From IMG/VR virus record IMGVR_UViG_3300006174_000002, positions 1 to 57,675 of that record: a stretch of 57,675 nt of DNA; one strand, given 5' to 3'. The notes beneath the pieces were generated by a model that did not search any database, was not told where the DNA came from, and was given only the letters and a program-made list of their open reading frames with translations. Positions 19,413 to 27,190 of this stretch are shown here, one piece after another; the first letter of the stretch is position 1; every line of letters begins with the position of its first letter. Made by a program: the position numbers and the translations under genes. This stretch comes from a virus. Its lineage: Duplodnaviria; Caudoviricetes.

Positions 19413-19886
19413 TACGCCTCCGGTTCTGGGGCACTCTCGTTCAGCTACACGGAAGGTGAGGGTAACGACCGTAAGTCGGTGGGACATCCCACCACGATCG
19501 CGGAAGTGGCGCTCAGCCGTTGCTGGCTGACCATGCAGGAGAACATCAAGAACTTCGACTACGTGCTCCAGGACTTCGGCTCGGAGCAGTATCCGCAAAT
19601 TCTGGCGTTCGGCCCAGTTAGGCGTCTCGGTCCGGATCGCCTACGCACATACGCTTATGGCAAGGTCAGCGATGTTCGGTACGAGAAAATTGATGACTGT
19701 GACCGCTGGCGGTATTTCTTCCGACCCGAGCATGCCCCTGAAACGGAACATGAATTGGTCAACTGGTCCATGAGAGGGGTTTTGAACTTCTTCCTCGATC
19801 ACGAACAGAAATGCACCGAGGCGCTCGAGTTGCGCGACCTCCGGGAACGCACGGCTGGCAAACCACACCTAGTACCATTACCATGA
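19347..19886 (+). CDS. hypothetical protein with IS-derived N-terminus
   Basis: First 16 codons lie inside the IS right end. Confidence 0.7.
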   Translation: MTNPIKQNPAVHGGSIKPRLESYASGSGALSFSYTEGEGNDRKSVGHPTTIAEVALSRCWLTMQENIKNFDYVLQDFGSEQYPQILAFGPVRRLGPDRLRTYAYGKVSDVRYEKIDDCDRWRYFFRPEHAPETEHELVNWSMRGVLNFFLDHEQKCTEALELRDLRERTAGKPHLVPLP

Positions 19887-20073
19887 CACCGTCCAAACAA
19901 AAATTGAATGCGACAATTGCGGTAAGGTTTACAACGCCGGCTTCTTCGACGACAAACCTTGGACTGACATCCCTGACCTATGGCTGCGCACTGAGCCGGG
20001 CAACATTATACCGTCAGGCGAATGTTCAGAATGCGGAGCACTCTGCTACCCGCAGCAATCACTTAAAAACTAA
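19883..20073 (+). pseudogene. Zn-finger protein needing a -1 shift at the A5 run near 19900
   Basis: The CDNCG...IPDL...PG...PSGECSECGALCY frame lacks its own start. Confidence 0.5.
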
Positions 20074-20077
20074 ACAA

Positions 20078-20623
20078 ATGAAAATCGAACTCAAAAATAT
20101 CAAATATGCGGCGTTTGCCTCGGACGACTCCAACTGCTTCGAAGGCACAATCCACATCGACGGTAAAGCCTCAATCCGCGTCTCCGACGACGGCAACGGT
20201 GGCTGCATGCGCTTCGACAACCTCGTCCCCGGTGCCTACGCCAAATTGCAAGAGTACTGCAAGACCCTGCCGCAGTATGAATTCTACGGCGATATGAATG
20301 ATGAAACGCCCGAGACGTTCATCGGTGGCTTGCTGGAAACCCATCTGCTGACAAAGCAGGTTAAATCCAAGCTGAGCCGTAACCTGATTTACACGTACAC
20401 CGACAAGGTCGGCATCTATCAGGTCAAGGGCAAGTACACGCCGGACTTTGCTGCCAAGCTGCGCAAGCGCTATCCGACGATGGACAAGATGCTTAATGAG
20501 TTGCCGCTGGCGGACGCCGTGGCAATCTTCAAAGCAGACAACGACCGGTTGACCAAGGAGCAGGAAGCCAAGTACCGTGCGAAGGAGGCCGCTGCCGCTC
20601 CGGCCGAACCCGTCGCAGCATGA
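20078..20623 (+). CDS. hypothetical protein
   Basis: MKIELKNIK..., DDGNGG motif, strong codon bias. Confidence 0.75.
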   Translation: MKIELKNIKYAAFASDDSNCFEGTIHIDGKASIRVSDDGNGGCMRFDNLVPGAYAKLQEYCKTLPQYEFYGDMNDETPETFIGGLLETHLLTKQVKSKLSRNLIYTYTDKVGIYQVKGKYTPDFAAKLRKRYPTMDKMLNELPLADAVAIFKADNDRLTKEQEAKYRAKEAAAAPAEPVAA

Positions 20624-21165
20624 GGACCTACGCCGGCTTGGATTACACAGGCCCAGGATCTCAGGTCAACCGAGACCCAGAGACAGGCATTCGCTACGGT
20701 ATCATTCACACCAATCGAGTCTGCCCGCATGCCCTGGAGGATATCTACTCGGCCGGCACGGACATCGACTACGAGAACTATCAGCAAGCCATCAAGGATG
20801 CCTTGGCTGGGGCGCTCAAGGAATTCGGATTGGAAAAGTATGCTGAGGATGCCTACGACGGCATGTCCGATGCGATCGGTGACAACTATCCCGGCAACAA
20901 CGGTGACTGCACACGTTACGAATACAAGGAGGACGGTTACGAGTTGATGATCGACGGGTCGGGTGACCTGTGGGTCATGAAGTCGCCGTTCTTTACGTAT
21001 GCACAGTTTTGTAGTCCGTGTGCACCGGGTGCATGCTATTTGACCAACGCGTTGGAAGGCCAACCGGCTGGCAACAAGTGTTATTGTCTCGGCACGGATT
21101 GGTTCGACGAGGAAGAGAAATGCCCGTATCCGATTTACAGCATGGAGACGGGAGAACAAATCTGA
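20620..21165 (+). CDS. hypothetical protein
   Basis: FCSPCAPGA motif, coupled ORF. Confidence 0.75.
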   Translation: MRTYAGLDYTGPGSQVNRDPETGIRYGIIHTNRVCPHALEDIYSAGTDIDYENYQQAIKDALAGALKEFGLEKYAEDAYDGMSDAIGDNYPGNNGDCTRYEYKEDGYELMIDGSGDLWVMKSPFFTYAQFCSPCAPGACYLTNALEGQPAGNKCYCLGTDWFDEEEKCPYPIYSMETGEQI

Positions 21166-21812
21166 TGAAACTCAAAATCAACATCGAAAACTGTCGGAAG
21201 AGCGTCATGCTGGAATGGAGGATGCCCGACTCGGCTTACCTGTCCAGCATCTACATCATGCCCGAGGAGCTCACGCCGAGTGGCTACCCGCACGTCGTAC
21301 GCGACTGCGGGCGCCTCGTGGCATTCTGGGGCGATAAACTGACAGTGACCGAGTCGCCCGGGAATTACCATACCGGTGACTCCGGCTGCTTCAAGGCCGA
21401 CACGGATGTCATTGTGGTCAATACGCACCGACTGCTGGAAGTGCTGCGGAAGGTGCACGCCAGTGCCGAGCTCCGCAAGGATCGGACGAAGGCATTGAAT
21501 ATCGAGATCGACACGGAACGGTTACACCGCCACATCGAAGCACCCAAGCTGACGATCTGTCAGATGGTCAAGCATGTGAACATGGCTGGCGCCGAGTCGT
21601 TCGGGAAGACCCTCAAATACTTCAAGGAAAGGCTGCACGGCGGTCGCCGCTCCTTTGAGGACTTGCTACTGGAATTGTCTCGGCTGATTCAGCAGGCCAA
21701 AATCTACTGTCATCGGGATGAGTTCTATTTCGACGGCCGCAGCATGCCCGGCGGACTGGGCTTCAATGGCGGGATCATCCTGCATGAGAACACATTCGGT
21801 ATTCACACATGA
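21165..21812 (+). CDS. hypothetical protein
   Basis: Ends FNGGIILHENTFGIHT, TGATG-coupled. Confidence 0.7.
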   Translation: MKLKINIENCRKSVMLEWRMPDSAYLSSIYIMPEELTPSGYPHVVRDCGRLVAFWGDKLTVTESPGNYHTGDSGCFKADTDVIVVNTHRLLEVLRKVHASAELRKDRTKALNIEIDTERLHRHIEAPKLTICQMVKHVNMAGAESFGKTLKYFKERLHGGRRSFEDLLLELSRLIQQAKIYCHRDEFYFDGRSMPGGLGFNGGIILHENTFGIHT

Positions 21813-22006
21813 AATCAATTAACGTACACGGCGGTTTGCTGCTGCAGTTTGACTACATAACCGGGGTGCCGGTGAACAAGCAGGTTGAGGATATGGTTGA
21901 CATCATCAATGCGACTCTGGCCCGAGACCAGAACTTCAACGGCGCGCAACTCATCACGATCCATGAGGAGATGGACGTGGAAGTCACGAACGACTCGGAA
22001 GACTGA
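21809..22006 (+). CDS. hypothetical protein
   Basis: Coupled ORF. Confidence 0.6.
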   Translation: MKSINVHGGLLLQFDYITGVPVNKQVEDMVDIINATLARDQNFNGAQLITIHEEMDVEVTNDSED

Positions 22007-22008
22007 TT

Positions 22009-22299
22009 ATGCCGTACAAAACCGAATGGGTAGCGCCGGAGGTGTTCCTAGAATACGCCGGCGTTACCGTTTATCACACCTACAAGCACGACGACATTGA
22101 GCAGGGGCCTCGCGGCGACCGGTTCGTCACGAATGAGGGGGACGGGGAAGACAGCCAGACGGAATCATTATTCTTCGTCGACGAACTGGACAATTACGTG
22201 GACCCTCCGCCAGGCGATGAATGGCCCCATGTGAAGCATTACGAGCAAATGGTGCGGGAGGCGATTGACCTCGGCGAGATTCCAATGAAACGTCGATGA
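22009..22299 (+). CDS. hypothetical protein
   Basis: Acidic 96-aa ORF. Confidence 0.65.
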   Translation: MPYKTEWVAPEVFLEYAGVTVYHTYKHDDIEQGPRGDRFVTNEGDGEDSQTESLFFVDELDNYVDPPPGDEWPHVKHYEQMVREAIDLGEIPMKRR

Positions 22300-22478
22300 A
22301 CTTATCCCAACAGGACCTATGGCTGATTGCCGAGGCACTCCAAGCCCGCATTGAAACGGGTGAGTTCAGTTTGGCGCGCAGTCGCAAAGGCAAGATCATC
22401 ATCTGCAGTCCCAGCCATTTGAAGGCGTTAAATGACTTGTTGGATCGGGTGGTTGCCAATCCTGAGGCTTACGATTAA
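22296..22478 (+). CDS. hypothetical protein
   Basis: Coupled ORF. Confidence 0.55.
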   Translation: MNLSQQDLWLIAEALQARIETGEFSLARSRKGKIIICSPSHLKALNDLLDRVVANPEAYD

Positions 22479-22542
22479 ACGCGTTTGACAGACGTACAGA
22501 CCTGTGCGATTGGTTTGTTGCTCACCTCGGTGTGCAACTAAA

Positions 22543-23019
22543 ATGAATAACAACCAAACGCAAGATCAAGTCAGTGATTCGAATCCGACCCTGGACCAGC
22601 GGTTCGGCCAAGTGTACATGAACGCGCTCAACTACCTGGAAGCCCGGGCGCAAGCCAAACTCCCCGGCGGGAACGGTGACCCATCCGCCAACGAAGTGGC
22701 CGTCGACGTCATCCAGGACCTGCTGACGCTGCTCAACGGCATATCCCTGTACGGCGCGGCGCTGTACCAGTTGATTCAGTTCGAAGCCAAACCAGAACAC
22801 GTGGAGCGCCTCAATATCCTGAAGGCCGGCGTGCTCAACCAGTTCGTCTCGGAGACGCGCTTTTGCGCTACCGTGGAAAACATGGCGCGCGACCAGAAAC
22901 TCAAAGAAGCCGGGATTGACCCGGCGGACAAGGCAGCAGTGGAGAAGTTCTATTTGGATCAAGCCCAGAACATCTTCTTCTCTGCGCCGACAGTGACCAA
23001 CGAAACTAAACAAGAATGA
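22543..23019 (+). CDS. hypothetical protein
   Basis: ORF after a TTGACA-containing motif. Confidence 0.7.
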   Translation: MNNNQTQDQVSDSNPTLDQRFGQVYMNALNYLEARAQAKLPGGNGDPSANEVAVDVIQDLLTLLNGISLYGAALYQLIQFEAKPEHVERLNILKAGVLNQFVSETRFCATVENMARDQKLKEAGIDPADKAAVEKFYLDQAQNIFFSAPTVTNETKQE

Positions 23020-23801
23020 TCAAAGCGAAAATATTTTTACCTGACGGTCGATGCTATAACCTAATTAAGTTGGAGGATCTGACGCCATACACGGAGTTGT
23101 CCTCTGTAACGTGGCTGACACAACCCGACACGGCCCTCCGTGACGCTGTGTTACGTCGCCTTACGGCAGAGCCCAAAGCGGAGGTTTGCAATTACTCGGT
23201 TTACACCCGTGACCCGGTCAACTCCGGGAACTACGTCAGCCAAGCCAAACTGACCGAGGCGCCCAAGGACTCGGAGACCCTCACAACGCAGGAGAATGCA
23301 GCCTTATGGGGTTGTGTCAAACTGCTCAGAATAGCCGGTGGCATAGCCAGCCATCTGAAACGCGGCATCTATTACAACATGCCGGACGAACGGGCGAAAG
23401 CCGTGGCTATGTACTTCGAGTTGGGCCAGTCCATACCGTCCGAATTGATAGGGGCACTCGGTACGGTAACGACCCTGCCGGGCTATAGTCGCCGCGTACT
23501 GCACGGTTTGCTGGGTCAGATTGATGAAGTGGCTGAGCTGTCCACGCCATTGATGAATATCGTCAGCGACCCCACTTCGGTTGACAAAGCCAACATTGCT
23601 GAGGAACTGGGGGACCAGAACTGGTACTCTGCCATTATCATGGACGCCTTGGGCATTGAGTTCGACTCGGTGCTCCAGACCAACATCAATAAGCTCAAGA
23701 AACGGTACCCGCAGGGGTACCAGGACGCGGCAGCCCAGAAACGGGACTTGCCAGCGGAGCGGCAGGTGCTGGAAGCCGGGGTGGCCCCCCAGACGGGCTA
23801 G
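23016..23801 (+). CDS. MazG-like nucleotide pyrophosphohydrolase
   Basis: LHGLLG..DEVAEL, EELGD..WY, NINKLKKRYP. Confidence 0.8.
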   Translation: MIKAKIFLPDGRCYNLIKLEDLTPYTELSSVTWLTQPDTALRDAVLRRLTAEPKAEVCNYSVYTRDPVNSGNYVSQAKLTEAPKDSETLTTQENAALWGCVKLLRIAGGIASHLKRGIYYNMPDERAKAVAMYFELGQSIPSELIGALGTVTTLPGYSRRVLHGLLGQIDEVAELSTPLMNIVSDPTSVDKANIAEELGDQNWYSAIIMDALGIEFDSVLQTNINKLKKRYPQGYQDAAAQKRDLPAERQVLEAGVAPQTG

Positions 23802-23817
23802 GTGCAATAGGGGTCGG

Positions 23818-23837
23818 TTTTGTGCTATAAGTATTTG
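23818..23837 (+). promoter_or_regulatory. second copy of the TTTTGTGCTATAA promoter-like motif
   Basis: TTTTGTGCTATAAGTATTTG, followed by a 12-bp leader hairpin at 23859..23888. Confidence 0.6.
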
Positions 23838-23928
23838 CTAACAGCTAGTATTCCATTGGTCCCGGTCGTCGTAATTGACGATCGGGACTTATGGTTTAAA
23901 CATCAACCGTTGAACCAACTGACTCCTT

Positions 23929-24684
23929 ATGCAAACACTCAATACCGATCAGACGTCACACACCTCAACCAATACATCCACCCACGGTGCCGACGACCTT
24001 GTGGTCTTGGCCCGCCAGTCCAGCGCAGCCTACATACAGTCGGCGCGTCACGGACTCAAAAGCAGTTCCATGCGCCAAGCGCAAGGCCACATGCAGGTCG
24101 CATACCTGCGCAAACTCGATGACGTTCCGGCGGCGGCCAAACCGCTGTATGACCTGGACCTGTCATTCCATACGCTGCTCGCGTCCGAACGCCAGCAGGA
24201 TCGGGTTGACGCCACCAAGGGCGTCATTGTCAGCGCGTTGTGTGTGCTGGGCAAGTTGATGAAACGTGACCCGTTGTCCATGCTTCCCGGCATTGACGAC
24301 ATGGTCAAGAAACATGACGAACAGCAGCGCACGATTGAGGCGCTGAATGCCAAGCTGTCTGACATGGAAGATCAGCTGAACGAGTCGCGCGCTCGTAACA
24401 ATGAGCTGCAGGCCCAGGTGGGTCAGCCCGCTGTCTTGGCTGATACCGTTGTGGTTGACGTGATCCTGGAGAAGCTCCGTCCGATCCACGAAGCCACTCG
24501 GCTTCTGGGCGATGACGTGGAGCTGTGCGATACGGGCAAGCTGGAAGAAAATCATCGTGACCAGATTATTGGCACGTTACGGTTTGTGAACGAGCACTTG
24601 TTGGTGCTGATTGATCCGAGCGAAGCTTCGGAAGCTGATGATCGAACTGTGCTGGCGCCAACTGCCAGTGCCGTTTCTGTCTGA
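23929..24684 (+). CDS. coiled-coil hypothetical protein
   Basis: 251-aa ORF with a heptad region. Confidence 0.7.
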   Translation: MQTLNTDQTSHTSTNTSTHGADDLVVLARQSSAAYIQSARHGLKSSSMRQAQGHMQVAYLRKLDDVPAAAKPLYDLDLSFHTLLASERQQDRVDATKGVIVSALCVLGKLMKRDPLSMLPGIDDMVKKHDEQQRTIEALNAKLSDMEDQLNESRARNNELQAQVGQPAVLADTVVVDVILEKLRPIHEATRLLGDDVELCDTGKLEENHRDQIIGTLRFVNEHLLVLIDPSEASEADDRTVLAPTASAVSV

Positions 24685-24725
24685 GTTGGAGTTCCACAGA
24701 AATTTTTAGCTATTGGTTTCAGTTT

Positions 24726-24764
24726 ACACCCGAGACGTGCTTCAATGCCGTCTCGGGTGTCTTT
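24726..24764 (+). terminator. hairpin/terminator
   Basis: ACACCCGAGACG...CGTCTCGGGTGT followed by CTTT. Confidence 0.65.
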
Positions 24765-24768
24765 GTAC

Positions 24769-24951
24769 ATGGCGCAAGAAGAAGCAAAAGTTCCGTTAGT
24801 CGTAGTGGGTGGGTGTCTACTGGTTGCGCCAGTGGTAGCACCATTGTTATTGTTGGGCGGTCTGGGGTATTTTCTACACTTGTGGTTTTGCCCGTCCGTC
24901 CCTAAAGTTGATCCCTATGAATCAGAATCTGGACAAGAACGCCGTCGCTAA
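24769..24951 (+). CDS. small membrane protein
   Basis: Long hydrophobic stretch. Confidence 0.55.
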   Translation: MAQEEAKVPLVVVGGCLLVAPVVAPLLLLGGLGYFLHLWFCPSVPKVDPYESESGQERRR

Positions 24952-25552
24952 GATCGTACTGCAGAGTTACGGTCACCCCGAATGTTCCTTCTGGGACTTC
25001 GATCAGGCACAGGTGAACAGCGACGCCGGCGACGGTTTGGGCTCGTTTATCCTCAGTGAAACGTCGGAGGCACATTACTGCCCCACCACGCTCGGCACAT
25101 TGAGCGAGGTAATACGGTTGATGGAGACGGTGGTGCGCGACACTCGCAGCACCTTGGTGAATTTGAACGCATACGCGGTGCATGCACTGGCCGCGTCGTA
25201 CGTTGAACATTTCGTGGCGCTTGAACGTCCGGCCGCCGAGTTCTTTGAGAACGTCAGCGCCTGGCGTAAAAATCAGCGCGGGTCAATCGACGCAGCGTTC
25301 GGGCACACGGTTCTGCCCACGTTGAAGGAAGTTTGGGACTCGGTTGAGAACGAGGCGAAGGATGTGAATCCGGACGACCGTCCCAAATTGGTCTTGAAAG
25401 CGCTTCGGGCGCGGCTTATGATAAACACGGATTACCTGCCTGAAGGGGTAACCCAAGAACCATTATACGATTGTGCCGAGTTTCTCACAAAGCCAACAGC
25501 GACTGATGGGGCAAGTCCATGCCCTGCAAACGGGCAAGCTGTCGCCGCGTAA
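24917..25552 (+). CDS. hypothetical protein
   Basis: AGDGLG.FI..E motif. Confidence 0.65.
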   Translation: MNQNLDKNAVAKIVLQSYGHPECSFWDFDQAQVNSDAGDGLGSFILSETSEAHYCPTTLGTLSEVIRLMETVVRDTRSTLVNLNAYAVHALAASYVEHFVALERPAAEFFENVSAWRKNQRGSIDAAFGHTVLPTLKEVWDSVENEAKDVNPDDRPKLVLKALRARLMINTDYLPEGVTQEPLYDCAEFLTKPTATDGASPCPANGQAVAA

Positions 25553-26225
25553 GGTATCGCCGCAAATACGGCGAATTGCTAAATCTATGAATCCCACCGA
25601 CGTCCTCCACTTTGCGGAAACCAAACACCATGGTCTGCCCGAGAAGGTCGCCGGCTCCCAACACCGCTTTCTGGCCATGGTTCGCCATGTCCAGAACGGC
25701 GGTCAGGGATTGGACTCAGCCAGCCCGGCGGTCGCCTCGGCCGCCAAGAAGTACGAGCCCAAGGATCGCAATGCCATGCCGTTGGAAAACGGTATGACGT
25801 CGTCCGCGGCGCTCACCAAGATGTCCAGCCAGGCTCTCCTGCTGACCTCGTACGCTCTCTGCAAAGAAGCGGACGTCCACAGCATCCTGGCCCGTACGCA
25901 CAAGGCCATGCACGCCGCCGGTGCCAAGAACCGCGACATGCTGCGACAAGAGTTGGAACGTACCAAGGCGTTGAATATCAAGTTGCAGGGTGAGGTGGAT
26001 GGTTCCCGCTCCAAGATCATGTCCGCGCAGCAGGCGCAGCAGAAGGCCGAGATGGATTCCACTCTGGCCAACAAATCGATTGAACAGCTCCAGATGGTGC
26101 AACAGTCCCAGCGCACCCCGCCGCCCCCGGAGCAGCCGGCGTACGGTGCCATGCTGTTCGGCCAACCCCCGGGCGGTCCCGCTGCTGCCCCGGCGGGCGG
26201 ACAGCAACAACAACCAGTGCAGTGA
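25473..26225 (+). CDS. DUF3008-like N-terminus plus coiled coil, putative virion protein
   Basis: MPSFSQSQQRLMG...AKSM...FAETKHHGLPEKV. Confidence 0.7.
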   Translation: MPSFSQSQQRLMGQVHALQTGKLSPRKVSPQIRRIAKSMNPTDVLHFAETKHHGLPEKVAGSQHRFLAMVRHVQNGGQGLDSASPAVASAAKKYEPKDRNAMPLENGMTSSAALTKMSSQALLLTSYALCKEADVHSILARTHKAMHAAGAKNRDMLRQELERTKALNIKLQGEVDGSRSKIMSAQQAQQKAEMDSTLANKSIEQLQMVQQSQRTPPPPEQPAYGAMLFGQPPGGPAAAPAGGQQQQPVQ

Positions 26226-26231
26226 TTTACG

Positions 26232-26816
26232 ATGTTTTTAGCGTTTGATACGGAGACCAGCGGTCTCATTGATTTTCAGAAACCTTTCGCCGATCCCTGC
26301 CAGCCCTTCATAGTATCCGTCTCGGCCATCCTATTCGATGATGACGGCACGGAGCTACACACCGTTTACGCCATCATTGACCCCGAGGGTCGTGAGATCC
26401 CGGCAGAGAGCACGAAGGTGCACAAGATCACGACTGCGTTAGCCAAGAAGTGTGGGTTGCCGTTCGACACGGTCTATCTGATGATTCGACACCTGGCGGA
26501 TCAGGCCGACCGCATCTATGCTTTCAATGAGGGTTTTGACCGGTCCATGTTCGAGATTGAGTGTTACAAGCGGTACGGCACGAACAGCGTGTTTGAAGAC
26601 CAGCGTGCTAAGATACGGTGCGCGATGTTGCATATGGCCGGGCTGATGAAGATTCCGGGCCAGTATGGGGATTATCGGTGGCCGAAGCTGACTGCTGCTT
26701 ACGAATGGTATTTCGGTGTGTCGATGGCTGAAGGTGCGCACAACGCTTTGGTGGACACACGCAATATGGGTTACATCATGGGTGACATGCACAAGAACGG
26801 TACGCAACCAAAATGA
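26232..26816 (+). CDS. DEDDh 3'-5' exonuclease (DnaQ-like)
   Basis: FDTETSG, AFN..FD, AHNALVD. Confidence 0.88.
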   Translation: MFLAFDTETSGLIDFQKPFADPCQPFIVSVSAILFDDDGTELHTVYAIIDPEGREIPAESTKVHKITTALAKKCGLPFDTVYLMIRHLADQADRIYAFNEGFDRSMFEIECYKRYGTNSVFEDQRAKIRCAMLHMAGLMKIPGQYGDYRWPKLTAAYEWYFGVSMAEGAHNALVDTRNMGYIMGDMHKNGTQPK

Positions 26817-27181
26817 GAACCATCAAAGCTTTCTGGCGATTCGGTTTCGTAGCGCAGGGCGATGCTGCTCGAGTTTGGCCCGTGCCGCACATATTAGTGC
26901 CTGGCTGGACGCCGTACCATGCCGCACTGAAGCAGGCGCGGCGGTTGATGAAACGGTCGGTTAAGCGTCGCGGTTATCAGCGCTACACGATTGTCAACAT
27001 TCAGTATATGCCTGTACCGTGGGGCGTCTCGGACAGTGTACTTGGTCTCGATTTTGACCTGCGCAAGTACCTTATCGAAATCAGCATGAAGGATGTCGCA
27101 GCCGAGTGTCAGCCGCCACCGCCGGGCATGGTGTTCATTGACTTCACACATCGCGTTGCAAACTCGGCCGAGTCGGGCTAG
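26813..27181 (+). CDS. hypothetical protein
   Basis: Coupled ORF. Confidence 0.55.
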   Translation: MRTIKAFWRFGFVAQGDAARVWPVPHILVPGWTPYHAALKQARRLMKRSVKRRGYQRYTIVNIQYMPVPWGVSDSVLGLDFDLRKYLIEISMKDVAAECQPPPPGMVFIDFTHRVANSAESG

Positions 27182-27184
27182 AAT
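27156..27184 (+). promoter_or_regulatory. leaderless sigma70-like promoter
   Basis: TTGCAA-17-TAGAAT-6 nt-ATG. Confidence 0.65.
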
Positions 27185-27190
27185 CCCGGC

